64,000 nucleotides of DNA, taken from the NCBI GenBank assembly GCA_001949185.1, contig BDGG01000008.1, forward strand, positions 1,990,788 through 2,054,787, in the 5' to 3' direction. Source of the stretch: Ramazzottius varieornatus (lineage: Eukaryota; Animalia; Tardigrada). The notes under the pieces are model-generated. The model made no database searches. It had not been told where the DNA came from and saw only the letters and a program-made list of their open reading frames with translations. Positions 26,240-39,968 of the stretch are shown in pieces; within the stretch, counting starts at the first letter, position 1, and each line of letters starts with the position of its first letter. The position numbers were made by a program, and so were the translations under genes.

Positions 26240-27310
26240 CAACACAGAGTTCGGGTTAAGGAGAACATGTCTCCTTCACTCCCGGTTCGCTCAGGTGTGC
26301 CGCAGGGATCAACACTTGGTCCCCTGCATTTTTCGACGTAACTTAACTCCCTAGTGAAGAAGTACGGGAACGATGAAAAAGGCAAGATCGGGAGCTTCAT
26401 TATGGCACTGTGATAGCCAGGAAGAAGCCGTGACTGGACTGAACCGCATGCCGCAAAATAGTCCTCCTCAAGACGAGCTGTTTATGTCGCAAACGGTTGA
26501 TTGAAAATTTGAGTTTGCTTGATCAACGGAAATTAGTCGTGAGTGAGGCAAAACTGCGTTTTTCGAAAGTCTCGGAAATGGGAGCGGAAATGCGCGAGTT
26601 TTGCGGGGTAGGTTTGTAGACAAACTTTGCCTCCTGACTAGGCTGGAATTCATGGTTTTCTCTCTGGCTATTCTCTGTCTGTCGGTATCCCCGACACTAA
26701 TAGGTATCAAGAAGCCCATAGGTGAAACGGTATCTCGCAACGTGAAGCATTGTGCAGACAGAGATCAGCTGAGAAATGAAAATTTGGAATTTTGAGTCAT
26801 GTTTGCAGAGAATAATCCGTTTTCGGTTTCCAGATAAGCTACTCGAGGGCTGCTTATCTTGAAAGCGAAACTTCGTAATCCACTTTCACACAATTAACGG
26901 AGTTTTACGACCTGTCGTGAGGAGGACTAATGTGTCGAGCTGGTTCACGGCGGTATACCTTCCGTTGAACGAGAAGAAAACCGTAGCGATGCCAATACGG
27001 GGCCGCAGAAAGTCAGCTGACGGTAATCCGCTGGATTTCGAAGACCAGCAAGTCCACAATCCCATGGTCATCCAGCACGGTACCTGGGCGTGATGGTCGA
27101 GCAGCACCTCACGTGGAAGGATTAATCCAGAAGACCGCCAAGAGCGTTACCTTTGGGATACCCTAGCTGAACAGAGCAAAGGCTGATCGTTCCATCACAC
27201 AGCGCGTAAACCTGTACCACCGCATTATCGCGCCGCACTTCGACTACTACCCACCGGGGCTTCGCCCGTCTCGCCATAACCATGTAAGACCTCGCTGGAG
27301 GTCCTGTGTG
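26240..27310 (+). mobile_element. Relic of a non-LTR (LINE) reverse transcriptase
   Basis: RVRVKENMSPSLPVRSGVPQGSTLGPLHF (RT SGVPQGS motif) and, near 27080, RYLGVMVEQHLTWK; heavily fragmented. Confidence 0.75.
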
Positions 27311-27715
27311 TCAAGCCTCGCGATCACTGACTACCAAAAGGCTGCTCGGCGAGAAACCATGAAGCGACTTGCCACAGCCCTGTGATGGAAAGGTGGCGAA
27401 GACATCTGGCGACCTAGCTTGACAAGACCATGACCCAGCTGCTCCGAATATCCCGCAGTGCGTGAAAGATCTCGTCGAATTCAAAACCATCGGCGCCCAA
27501 AATCTCCGACAACCCAGTCTCATCACGACGTCAGCAACTACAAAGACAGGTGAAACCACTCTAGCCTTCCGTCCGATACAGCAGTCAGCGCGTGGTCTGA
27601 AAAACTTCAGTGGGTGAACTTGTTGAGAATCTAGGACCCCACACGAAAAGTCTTGTGGCTTGCATTAGTAATCGAGAGAAAGGTTAATTGCTGGACTAGC
27701 CACTAGCCACTTCCG

Positions 27716-28328
27716 TCGACACAATACGCACGCGACGTTCCGTTCCAATAGCGATCATGACATTCTTAGGCCAGTGTTTCACCGACTTTTCTTCCATTTG
27801 TCCGGAACTGTACCATGCCTTCGCCCATGTGGTGTGGTAGGTATCTTTCGTCGAGTTGAAATCGCCAAGGGTTAATCTAGGTTGTATCCATCGTGAATAT
27901 CATTCTGCTCTTGAACATGACGCAGATACGAGATAAAAATTGCCTCCGCTCATACCGTTGTTTCTTCTGAGCTTCTGTCAAATGGTGTACCTTTTCTCCC
28001 TCACCTCTAGGTGCAAATCCTGATGGATAATCCGATGCACAGACGTTAAGGGAAGCCCGAGCTTTCTTCCAGTTTTTCGCTAGATTTCTTGGCTTCTGTT
28101 ATAGTCGCCTTTGTGAGTACAGATGGCAGGCTTTGCGGACTGTCTTTTCTGTGGTTCCGTCACTCCATTCTGCTTCGGCTGGTATTTGGCGTAAGTGCGT
28201 TTCATGGTCTTCAAGCAGATGGCAATATTAAGCCTGTGAAGTCGGTCGGTGATTTCAAGAAAGGTGAGTTGTTCCGCGCAAAGTGAGACTTTCGTCGCTT
28301 TCGTCTTCGGATCCATTTCCGCTGGCAT
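27716..28328 (-). mobile_element. Second, truncated and diverged maT-like transposase relic
   Basis: Homologous to 24609-25139: IIHQDLHL, KVHHLTEAQKKQRYERR, FTMDTT*ITL, VKHWPKNVMIAI. Confidence 0.8.
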
Positions 28329-28737
28329 TTTCCACGAAAGTCACATACAAAGGAAAATGTAAAAGTAGTGGATCAAAACGCAGAAAGAATTGAACCGGTA
28401 GCACAAAAACTAGATTTTTGGTGGATGAAAATAAACGCGGGGACAACTTGGCTGGAACTTGACTTGCTCTTGACTTCCGTGTTCACGAGGCGATCACTCG
28501 GTCGCACCAAGCAGGGAAATACCAGACAACTTTGATAAAACCGAAAACTTAAACCATCCGTCTCGTACTACAAATCTCATCGGAAGACTAACAAAACATC
28601 TCGAAGAGAACTCTCAGCACATATCGCTTCACACAAGAAGCTCGATATTCACGGAAAAAAGAGATTAGCAACCCATGATCCTGAAATAAAAGTATCCACT
28701 TGTGCGTCTCAAAGAAGATCCATCCATCTTCCATCTC

Positions 28738-31700
28738 TTACAGCGAAGGTCGAACAATCGGACTGCAAAGCGAAAGAACTTCATGGTGACCAGTTCAGTG
28801 GTACGTAAGGTGAAGACATGTCCACCTACCTGTGCTGGAAGTCTGGTTCGCTCGAGTACGCTCCTTCTTTCGGTGTACTCTGTCGATTCACGTCCCGCCT
28901 ACCCATGCTGCCCAGCCTTTCTCTCCTTTTCGAAGTCGACAACGACCTCGGTCGCGGCAGTTCCATGTCCCCCAATATCTCACTATCTCTCTCCCCTTTA
29001 CCTTTTTCGTCGGCTTGTGCCTGCGACTCAAGTATCACATTTGGGTCGAACGTCGACGCTAACTCCTTCATACTATCCGTCGTCGTCGTCGTCGTGTTCA
29101 GCGGATGTGGGAGACTGTGAGCTGTCCGGAGTAACGTCTCCTCTATCCTTGTATGATCAGTCAGCGGAGTATTCAATGCACTCTCGGAAGCCGAAGCAGA
29201 CCCGACGCCCATAGCTTGCTGTATGATACTTCCGCGTTTCTCTACGCGAAGAATCCTACGGTAGACCTGCCCGACGACCACTAGGATACACAGCATTACC
29301 GGACCGAAAACAGCACCTTCGAGACCCATTGCAATGATGCCACCGGCTACACTCAACCCGAACAAGTATGGATGAGCCCTGAAACGAAGAGACCAAGTTG
29401 GCTGGGAGCTGCGCAGCAAAATTAACCATCCAAAGTGGCGCACAATTTCAGTGGTTAGGCTGCAGGAGTGCGCCACTCCGGAAACTTTACTAGATCCTTG
29501 TTCTGAGCGGCGCAGGTTTCCGGTGCTCGTGGCTGGAAGCGTGCGTCACTTGGAAAGGCGATCTAGTTGAGTTAGTTTGATATCTTTCGTAACGCGTTCG
29601 CGGTGGTGGTGTTAGGCAGACTTACGTTTTGACGTCGCCGTAGATGGCGATATCGACAAACATGCTGGGCGTGATGGCGAACCCAACAAGAAGGATAGCC
29701 GCGATGTATTCCCCTCGGAGGAACCATAGTTCACACAGAGCTGGAATGCAGACGACGTAAGGCGGAACGAGCGGGCAGACGGCCAGCATGGAAGCGATAA
29801 CCGACGGGATGAACTTGACGTAGACACCGAAGAGGGATAACAGGACCCAGGTGAAGAAGCCGTAAAACGCTGCCATCTTGAAAGACGCCGCGAAAATATC
29901 ACTGCGAAATTTTTTACATTATCCCCATCCAATGAAGAGAGCGGAATAAACCGCACCTGATAGTTTGTTCGATGATGTCGCCGACATGAGCCACTTCGTC
30001 AATCGACGGACTGACCACGGCCACGATGTCCAGTGGTCGGTACCGGTCTTTGCTGGAGCAGAGGAGGTAATAGAGCGCCGCGATGAAGACAAGCTAAACG
30101 AGGGAAAAAGTAGTCAGCTCGAGCCCGTGATTCCAACATATCATTTCCATCAACAGAAGTCGAGAAAGCTGCGTAGTATGGAAATACAGGGTGATCACGC
30201 CAAGTGACTACCACCTCATGATATTTATGGCGCTCTCGACTGCGCGTGGGTTGGTACTCAGAACTATTTTTTCTTAATTTAATATGCTGCATTCTGAAAA
30301 AACCTGGCCAGAAAGAATCTCTGTACGTAGTCGAAATTCGTCCTGAGACCAGAGAGGGTGGAACCTCGTACCTGCTCCGGAGCGAACTTTTCACTGTTTC
30401 CCTCATCGGAAAAAAAACTGATCTTCTCTCTTCTGCACTTTTGAGCCAGAAGTGCCGACCACAGATTGTTCAACAGTAGTCTGGCTTCCGAGAAAAATAT
30501 AATGCTCTTCTGCACCACTTGCTGATTCATTGATACAACTGCTGTGGCGAAACTGAGCAAAAATACAGGGTGCGCGCCTGAAAACAAGGTTTCTCGAAAT
30601 GGTCTGGGTTTTTTCCCGGTAAGTAAAAGCATAAACAGAAAGCCAAATCATTTATCTCTCTGAATCCGAATCACTATTGGACATACTTGGGAAAACTTGA
30701 GTGGGAGAAGGCTTTTCGCGAGAAAGTAGGTTCGCAAGAATCGGCAACTTTTCAAGATTTTGAGAGAATTTCACAAAACCCTCATCCAGTTGACTGACAA
30801 GGCCTTGCAATTCGGACACCCAATAGACTTAGTCCAAGGACAGAGCTACACGACCAGCGGTTGTAAGTGCAGACTGTTGGGTTGCAACATAAGTTTCAAT
30901 TTTTTCCACGAGGAGTGGTTTCCCCGCAAAATGATCAAATTCGACGATCTTTATTCGTTTATCAGGTTAGCTTGACTTTCTTGCGATCTTCTTTATTTTC
31001 TGATAAGAACCGGGATAGTTAGGCCTCCGTTAAAATTAGATTGGGGAGGCATACTCGCGCATGAAGTTCTAGAGTATCGGTTTACTCCTGCCGAAAAATC
31101 TTCCTCACCGGATGTCATTCCAATCGACTTTTCCAACCATGGTCTCAATTCTTGCAAACGAGATATGTCTCAGCGAAAGCAGCGTGAAAAGCTGCACGAA
31201 TTATGTGGAGGGAGGAAAGAAAACCAGACAGTCTGAAGTTTTTCTGCGCCAAAGTACCAGGTGGTAGTCACTTGGCGTGATCACCCTGTAGGACTTCTAC
31301 TGTCAGACTCAAATGGACACCTCGCAGGCATTTCTGACATTTCCTACGGCTGTTTGTGTACTCCATGTATTTGATCATTTACGTCTTGAAACTCACCCCA
31401 CAGAAAATGAAATGGACCAAAGCAGAGAAGTACAAGAACAAAATGGAGAGAATCGTCGTCACCAGCGAGAAGACCATCGCGAAGTTTCCCTTTCCCACCG
31501 CATAGATCGACTCCACAACCTTCAAACAAAAGCAAGCAGACTCGACGACATATTCCACAGTTACCACAAGAGACTCGCCGTACTGTACCTACCGATTTGA
31601 TATTTTCCATATTCTCCGCAAAGTACGACCGCAAGTTCGACCAGTCCAGCGCCCCCGCCGCCTTATGCCACGTCTCGTTCAGCTGTCCCACCAAGCTCCA

Positions 31701-34505
31701 CCTTCTGTCCTCCTCATTCAGCACCAACGCCGCCAGCGGATGCTGCATACTCCTGTTCCCCCACATGGACGTCTGCCTCAGGAAGCTGTGCGGCACAGGC
31801 TGCGTTCTATTGCGCGGCAGGTAGAACTGGTAGACCCTGTCGGCCAGAGACAAAATATCCTTCTCGATCAAGGCGGCCCTCGTGTCATTCGTGTCGGCTA
31901 TGGCTTCCCGCAGCGTCCCCACCATCCAGTCTCTGCCGTACATGTACAGTGAGTCCATGGCTGTCTGTACCGTCTCTTGGACTTGCGCACCTTCGGGCAG
32001 CCACTGCAGAATCTCGGGGTGCTTGACGATAGTCTCGTTCATGAAGTCCGAACTGAGCCCCACCATGTAGACGGTTTCCTGTTGGACATGCATCGTCGCG
32101 ATGAGGCCACAGATACCCATAGCGACGAACATCATGATGACCATCAGCAGGGAGATGCTTTCGTCCAGAGTGTCCTCCAGCAAATTCATCACCTGACCAG
32201 ACAAAATCGACCTTATTATCAACGTGCAAATCTGAAATTTTCGCTTACGCTTAGCCGTAATTTCGATGCTAAACAGTCATAATTATCATTCAGGTACTTG
32301 AGTGCGAACTTCTAGCCAGCTGTCTACGAAACATGGGACGCAGAGGCGGCAGGCGTACGCCCCCCCCGACCGCTACAGCCGTCATCCCCAGTGTAGCGAG
32401 CGTGATGGAGCGCTATGTCTGCCTCTCAGTCCCTGAGAGAAGCTCTAGCTCTAATGAAACGCAGTATGTCATCCGAACACATTGCCATCGCGAAGTATCC
32501 CATCACTGCAGTTTCGGGTCTTCGTTCTGACCGTCAAGGGTGCTTCGAGCCAGCCGGTTGCCCACTTGATATGTTTGGTGTAGAATTTGAAACATCCAAA
32601 GTACAGCCGGCTGGCAACAAGTTTCGGCATTGCATTCTGCTGTCAGCTACACAGAAGAAATCCCCATTCAACCGTTAATCCTCGATAGAGCTAAGCTTCG
32701 ACAACCCTCACTTATGTTCGACGAACAGAGGCACATGTTGTCAACTTGATGTTCCAGAAACAAATGGTCTGTTCGTTGCGGCCGTCAAACTCCCGCTATT
32801 GGAAAGGTATCTACTGGGTGTTTACCGGCGCAAAAAGTCTGTCGCTCATCGAATCACCTCTGACAACAATCTAGACTTCGTAAACGACCAACGGACTCCG
32901 ACCCACCCAGCCTTATGAACAGGATCATGGTATCAAAGTCAAGGACCCACGTGATATTAGTTTTAATTGCTCATTTTGCTTATTTAACAGTTGACTAGAT
33001 TTACCTTTTGGTCGCCTTGCTTGGCAAGACGGAACAATCCTCTTAGCGCCGCCGGCGCCACGATATCCTTCCTGCTCATGACCCACCCTTTACAGCGGTT
33101 CTTCACTTCTCTCAAATACTTGGCCAGCGCCGTCCAAGCTCCATACTCCTGTCCCAGCACCCTCACCACCCTATATCCCACCGGGATCAGAATCAACGGT
33201 ATAAACTGGTAATGCGACAGCACCTCAACCACGACAAACATCCAAAACAGATACATCAAATATCGCGTTCCCTGCTTCTCCGTGTTCACATGAATAATCT
33301 TCAAGGCCGGCAACGTACTGGCATTGCCCGTCGACTCGTCCTCCGACGAATTGGAATGCGTCTCGATATCCGTCAAACTATCATTGACCAAATGATGCAG
33401 TGACGACCCGAGTACTTTCCAAAAGGACGATTCCGACGCGATGGCTTGTAGCTCTTCTTCGGGGGAATTCGGGCTATCAAACGACCTGACAGTCTGCGCT
33501 CGCTGAATCTTACTTTTGACCACTTTCATTTCCGTCGCGAAACCCAAGCATAAGACGATGCCCACAACGACCAACACCGGAGCGGCCAACGCTCCTAGTA
33601 AGGAAGACAAATGCAATCCCAGCCATATCCATAACGGCCAAGCCAGCATCCTCAACGTCTTCCGGTGCTCGGGTGTCCATAGCGAGTTGACTGCGACAAT
33701 ATAGGGAATGACCAGGAGCCAGATTAGCTTGGACCGGAAGAAGGAGAGTGACGTTGAGAAGAAGCGTGAGATCATGACGAGGACGTCCATGTGATTCCAC
33801 AGGACGATCTGGGCGAAGAAACACCCTGCTAGAACACCCGCGCCCCATACTAGTTTCATCCAGTGATTCCACAAAAAGTCCAGGACTTCGGCGCCGAAGT
33901 AATTGAAGGTTCGATCGACGATGTAGAAAGGTGTGGCGAGGAGGCCGACGACGAGGGGTGTCGAGGAAGACTTGAGATTCTGTAGCCAACTCCGCGTACC
34001 ATGAGTTAGGTAGTGCTTGAAGGGGAACAATATCGTGCCTAAAAGGACGCAACCAGAAGAAATCGTGAGCTCACAAGTGGCGCAACTCTTGAGTGTCATT
34101 AGCTGAAACCGTGCGTCACTTGGCAAACAAATTCGACAAGATCGATCTTCAAGTGGCGCACTCTTTCGGGCACTAAGGCAAAAGATGTGCGCCACATGGC
34201 ACAGCAATTCCTATCGACTTTCTTCACCGAGTTTGTAACCAGTAATCTAACACTGGACGGGAAGACGAAAGCGTACCTGTTAAGGCTGCCCAGGCTAGGG
34301 GTTTGAGGAAGCTCTGTAGGATGAAGTAGACTTGGTAGCCCACGATGAGGACCACGATCAGGAAGAACTGCCCGACGGCTGTGAATAACGCTTGACGGAA
34401 AGCGAGCTCCTGGCCACCGCTAAAGTTGTTCATCATCGCAAGGAAGTTCTGCCATGATTCGGCAACACGCGAACTGTGCCGTACTCGATCTCGGTGGGCA
34501 GGCAT
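28738..34505 (-). CDS. TMEM245: Transmembrane protein 245 (AI-2E transporter-like family), about 8 exons
   Basis: YFILQSFLKPLAWAALTG/TILFPFK; KMAAFYGFFTW; HPYLFGLSVAGGIIAMGLEGAVFGPVMLC. Approximate exons: 34505-34277, 34039-33005, 32194-31590, 31520-31397, 30093-29957, 29900-29626, 29377-28830, plus a probable terminal exon SPIVRPSL* ending at 28738. Confidence 0.9.
30187..31288. mobile_element. 1.1-kb non-autonomous Tc1/mariner-type element in a TMEM245 intron
   Basis: Perfect 30-bp TIR cagggtgatcacgccaagtgactaccacct with TA on both sides. Confidence 0.9.
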
Positions 34506-35234
34506 TCTGACGGATGCTGGTGAATAATTTCTACTGAAGAAACAGCGATCAAGATCCCGCTTAATCACCAATCAACAGAAGTCACCGTGTTACATCAGAT
34601 GATCAAAATTAACAGATCTTTCAAGCGCCCTTTCGATCCGGATCAGTTTCTTCCATACTCCGTAACACCCTCCCCCGAACTCAGATGGAAACCACGGTCA
34701 GCCGGTGCTTGCAAAACTTTCTTATCACGAAAAAGAGACGGGTGAAGTTTGGACTTTAGAAAAACCGACTTTGTGAATTGTGATTAGAGATGTCCATCTC
34801 TAGTGATCCAAGGAGCAGAGAAGCGAAAACTTTCAAGTGAAAATGAGCGTGTTCGTTTACGTCAAAAAGCACCCATTGCCGAACTTGTTAATGCGGGATT
34901 TACCCCGGTGCCGATTCACGGCAGACAAGCTGTACGTACAACTGACTGTCGCAAGGCATATTTGACCAACTGGGCAGATACAAACTGTTATACGTCACGA
35001 GTTTTCCTTTTCCATAACACACGAAATGCATAGTTCGTGAGAAAATCATGACGGCAAGGTTCGATTTTATCTGAGATCGCGCAAACGGATTTACTCTTTT
35101 CCGACCAGAAAAGATTACAGTATTTTTCTCATTCTTCAAGAAATCCTCGGCAGTTTTACATCATTTTTATCGGTCAAAGAGCCTTTGCTTTCAGTCCCTA
35201 TTCGTTTCAGGTGAACAAGCACGCTTACGCGGAG
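34506..35234. promoter_or_regulatory. Probable bidirectional promoter and 5'UTR region between TMEM245 and EIF2B5
   Basis: Divergent start codons about 730 bp apart; a splice acceptor (ttcag) at about 35210 suggests a 5'UTR intron in EIF2B5. Confidence 0.5.
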
Positions 35235-38077
35235 ATGTCGGCACAAGCCAAGAAGAAGACTGGGAGGGAAGGTAAGGAAGCGTTCAAGGCCGAAGACGTT
35301 CTACAAGCTGTGATCATCGCCGACAGCTTCAATGAACGGTTCAAACCTCTGACTCTTCAACAACCCCGTGCTTTGCTTCCGCTCGCCAATTGTCCAGCCA
35401 TCGCCTATACGCTAGAGTTTCTAGCGGACGTCGGCGTCCATGAAATTCTGATTTTCTGTCGTGTTCACGCGGACAAGATCCGTGCATACATCGATGCGCA
35501 TCCGAAGTGGGGCAAGAAAGGCCGACGGCATCGTTCTGTCGTGGTACAAGTCATTGTGTCCGAAGACTGTTACTCCATGGGAGATGCTTTGCGTGAGATT
35601 GATGCCAAGAATTTGATTCGGGGCGATTTTATCCTTGTACAAGGAGACCTAGTTGCCAACGTCGATTTACAACCTGCTCTAGCCGCACATCGTGGACGCA
35701 GATCTACTGACAAGAATTCCGTCATGACTGTCGTTGTTCGACACGTCGCGCCGCGGCATCCTGCTCGATGTTTAGAGGACCAAATTATTCTGACGGTGGA
35801 TTCTACGAACCAGAGAGTTCTGCATTTCCAGAAGGATGTTTCTCACAAAAGGACCAGATTTCCCGTAAAGTGAGTCTATTCACTGCACTGTTGGTTGATT
35901 GTTGATTCGTCTCGTCACGCGTCAGCAAGAGTGGCTTTCGTTCTAGCATATTCCAGATAGAAATCAGGGTAATTATGCGCTTTGCTCCCCGTTAGTTTTG
36001 CCATTGTTCTTTTGAATGGGGGTCATTTCGTCAGTCGAGTAGGCGCAATGGTAAGTTGTCAGACTCTTAATGCGTTGTAGGACTAGCTTATACAGGTTCA
36101 AAGTATGAGTAGGTGGTTGTACTACGATTGATTCTGGTTGATTGGCTTGCGGTCATCTTACTGATTGGTCTTCCTTGTGTTTCAGTGTGCTGGAAGAGCG
36201 CGACGCCGTCGAAATCCGGAATGATCTCCTGGATTGTCATATCAGCATCTGCTCTACACTAGTCCCTCCTCTCTTCTCCGACAACTTCGACTACCTTACC
36301 CGCGATGACTTTGTTCGCGGGATCCTCATCAATGAAGAAATCCTGGGTAATACCATCCACTACCACGTTCTAGAGTCCGGTTACACCGCCCGCATTTCCA
36401 ATCTACACATGTACGACCTGGTCAGTCGCGACATCATATCCCGCTGGGTCTTTCCTTTCTGTCCTGACCTGGGCTTTCCAGACGGCAGTGCCTACAACTA
36501 CAAACGCCACCATGTCTATGTCCCACGAAGGGTCGTCCTGGCGCGTGGTGCTGAACTGGAAGAGAACGTCCTCCTGGGAAGAGACTGTGTGATCGGCAAC
36601 AACACGAAAATAAGAAACTCGGTAATAGGTGATAATTGTAAGATTGGAGATAACTGCGTGATTGATGGTTCGTACCTGTGGGACAACTGCGAAATTGGCT
36701 CGAAAGTCAGGATTGAAAGCGGAGTGCTGGCTTCTGGCTGCCGTGTTGGTGACGAATCTCAGCTCGAACGTGGCTGCGTCCTGAGCTACAACGTTCACAT
36801 CGGGAGTGGTCAACAACTGAGGGGTGGTGTGAGGCTGATTGGCGAGGAGGACAACCAAATTCTCGTCGAAAAACCAGAGGTAAAAAATATTCTTCCGAAA
36901 ACACTGGCATGCACGGCACGGCCTTGCATATGTGGGCTTGGTTGAACAAGGCTGTGCTCCATGTTGACGCTTTTTCACGATTACTTATCTAAACGAAGCT
37001 AACTGTGGGCACGGCCTTGAGTTGCCTGATCGCTTCCTGACGCACTCTGGCAATTTTCTATGATCTTTTGTGGCCATAGAAAAGCATTTCAATTTCCTCT
37101 AATGTTCTTAGGACCAGGATATGGATACCGAGACAGGTTTGGATAACTTCGAGACTCTCCCAGAAGACTACGGCTCCGACCAAAAGCTTTGGTCTTTCCA
37201 ATTGAAACCCGACGGAGACAACGACGAAGACGAGTCAGAAAAGACCGGTCCCGACTTCAACCAAGTCTCCTGGAATTGGTGGATACCTCCCGCCCTCGAA
37301 CTGGCCTACTCCCCCGAAGAAGAAAGTGACAGTGATGAGGAAGAATGCGAGGACTTCACCGACGCACCCGCCCTGGGTGTCCACCACGCCGTCGGTAACG
37401 CCTGGCAGTTCTACCTCGAGATCTTCGACTCGTTGATGGGCGTCACCAACGAAGACGTGAATCCCGAGAACGCGGTGCTGGAAATCAACTCGTCCAAACA
37501 CGCTTATGGAATAAGCATGTCCGACGTGAACAAGCTGGTCTTGCGAGCTGTGCTAGAGATTCCCGAGTTACGCGGCAAGACATCCAAGAAAGAGTTTTCT
37601 AGCTCTAACGAAGTCCATAACGAAGTGACTAACATTGTGAAGAAGGTTTTACCGGTCTTCAGGAATTACTATCGGAATGCAGAGTCGCAGCTGGATGCAC
37701 TGTTTTCGTTGGAAGATTGTTTAGTGAACTACATAGATATGACAAAGCATCAGCCGTATGGAGCGCACTTGGCGGACAGTGCCATGAAGCTTTTTCACTT
37801 TTTGTACGAGCAGGACATTCTGGGGGAGGAAGTGATACTCAAGTGGTATCGACAAGCCTCCAACAAGCACGTCGAACAGTTCCTGCCTTTCTTCCTGCAT
37901 GAGTCGTCGTCACCGACTTCGCCGAGCAGAAGGAGACACCAGAGCGGCGATCTGACAGACGAGGATGTGCAGTCCTTGATCAAGAAGATTGATGCCTTGA
38001 AGAAGAAAGTAGAAAAGTTCGTCGTCTGGCTGATGGAAGCCGAAGAAGAGGACGATTCCGATCAGAACGAAGAGTAG
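35235..38077 (+). CDS. EIF2B5: Translation initiation factor eIF2B epsilon subunit, 3 coding exons (35235-35868, 36186-36879, 37112-38077)
   Basis: [38 protein letters not shown], left-handed beta-helix hexapeptide repeats, [10 protein letters not shown] and a W2 domain ending [15 protein letters not shown]. Confidence 0.97.
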
Positions 38078-39645
38078 AGAGTTTGTCTTTAGATTCTAGA
38101 TGACAAAAGTTCTTTTGTTCCCAGTGAATGCTCAAAGTCTGTTACTGATGTTTGCGCTCATTTGTTCCATAAAAAGTCTCCCGTCGCATGTCATGATCGT
38201 TGTCGGCTGATCCGGTTATGTTTCCCACAGTAGGGTTACATCGACAGCTACAGTGTAACAACGGTGTGACTTTTATTCAGGGCTTTGGCAGGTTTTCCAG
38301 GATGATCACGCAGACCTTAATCAATCTAATACTGAAAACGGATTTCGGGAAAAAAACGGTATTGCCATGCTAACTTACCTTGTCCACCATGCGAACGCCG
38401 GTTATACTGTAGAACTACAGTAGAACTGTACCGGGTCAGTTAAGTGAAATATAATATTTGTATGATGTGCATCTATGGCACATCCGGCAATGCTTACGTC
38501 CGGCTGGCTTTTGACGTATGAAGAGACCAGTAGGAGGTAAGTTTTTGGAATTCCGCTGAAGGATGTCATTGCTGTCTTGTTGCTGGCCCGGATGTACAAT
38601 GGCAATGGGTGCATGCTCAGTACGAGGATAAGGCTCTAACTTCGCTAGTGGTTAAAAATTTGCTAATGTCGTCACCCGGTATCTTTCTCTACATTGTATT
38701 CTTCTTCTGGAGATCTGATAGCATACCCTTCAGTGTCCTTTTCCACCAATTGCAGTCGATATTTGAAGATCGATGCCGTCTGTGCAAAGCCCAGTTTCCA
38801 TTATTTCCGGTTTTATTCTGCTTGTTCGACCCTTCAGACTATTTTACATCATGTCCAACCGAGAAAAGTATTAATAACTTCCGAGATGGCTACGCAGACC
38901 CCATTTGTGCCTTATTCGTCGAGTAACAGCGCCTCTTTTTCTGAGACTAAAGCTTTGGAACATTTATCGGAACGCCAGCAGTCGCACAAAAGCAACTAGA
39001 GAACTGCGCGCAGGAGACTGAGGCTGATCGCGAAACACTCAGTACGCTGCATATGCTGGCGGCGCAGAGAGCTCCGTTTATAGCGAAACCCGAATCGTCA
39101 TTTACCATCTGTAGCTCTGCTGTTCCCCAGACTTCTACCACACTTGAAAAGTCGGAGACCTTTTTCTCGAGGTTTAGTTTGGACAAAGTTAAGGACTGGG
39201 AAACCTTTGGGTTTTACCACCAGATGGTAGGCACGGACATCGGCTCTCTGATCATGCAGCCAGCTAAAACTCCAGTTCCTTGACACTCACACGTGCCCGT
39301 CGAAGATCTTTCTGGACGCCTGCCATGGTACAGTAATTTATCAAGGCGTTGGGCTGGCACTCCATCTGGTTTTCCAAGGTTTACTTCTCTACCGATTCTC
39401 CCGAAAACCCACGCATGAGTTCTGGAAAATTGGTGGAGCGAAACCACTGGCCCTGACTATGGTTGTTCTACTTCTTGGGGCATTTGTGTTTTCCAGGAGT
39501 GTATCAGGGGAAGGCTGAAACTCTCGCAGGAACCACATCCACGTCTCCTAGTCTACCTCAACTAGATGGTAACCAGCCAGCAGTTCGCAGTACGGCCAGG
39601 ATAGTCGTCGACTACTACAATTTCATGATGAATACTGATGCCGTA

Positions 39646-39761
39646 CTGTATGCTCTCCCGAAATTCACGTACGTGACTGTTATGGTCACCGTATGAGAAC
39701 TCTTTCTCTAGTTTTACACTCTGAATGGAGTGACGTACGTGAATTTCGGGACAGTATACAG
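39646..39761. mobile_element. Short TA-flanked MITE (sister copy at 49604-49718, opposite orientation)
   Basis: TIR ctgtatgctctcccgaaattcacgtacgt; the internal ttttacactctgaatggagtgacgtacg is shared with the 49.6-kb copy. Confidence 0.8.
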
Positions 39762-39809
39762 TACCACTACGTACGCAGGATGACAACGACTCTGGAAATC
39801 CTTTCGGTA

Positions 39810-39968
39810 CACGCGCCTGCCCTAAATGTGGGCAGGGACAAAAATGCGGGCAACACAGCGAAAGCGGCACAGGCCAGCTGAAGTTGACCAATCAAATAAA
39901 TCAATCGTAGCAGAGCCGTGCTCCGTTGCCCACACTTTTGCCCTGCCCATATTTAGGGCAGGCGCGTG
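39810..39968. mobile_element. CAC-end TA-flanked MITE
   Basis: ta|cacgcgcctgccctaaatgtgggcaggg ... ccctgcccatatttagggcaggcgcgtg|ta. Confidence 0.85.

Noticed and set aside
28702-29214. 170-aa + strand ORF and other ORFs overlapping TMEM245, EIF2B5 and the GPCR
   Set aside because: Antisense or alternate-frame shadows of real exons with no independent motifs.
32195-33004. miR-32/miR-92 homologue in a TMEM245 intron
   Set aside because: No ATTGCAC seed found on the sense strand by eye.
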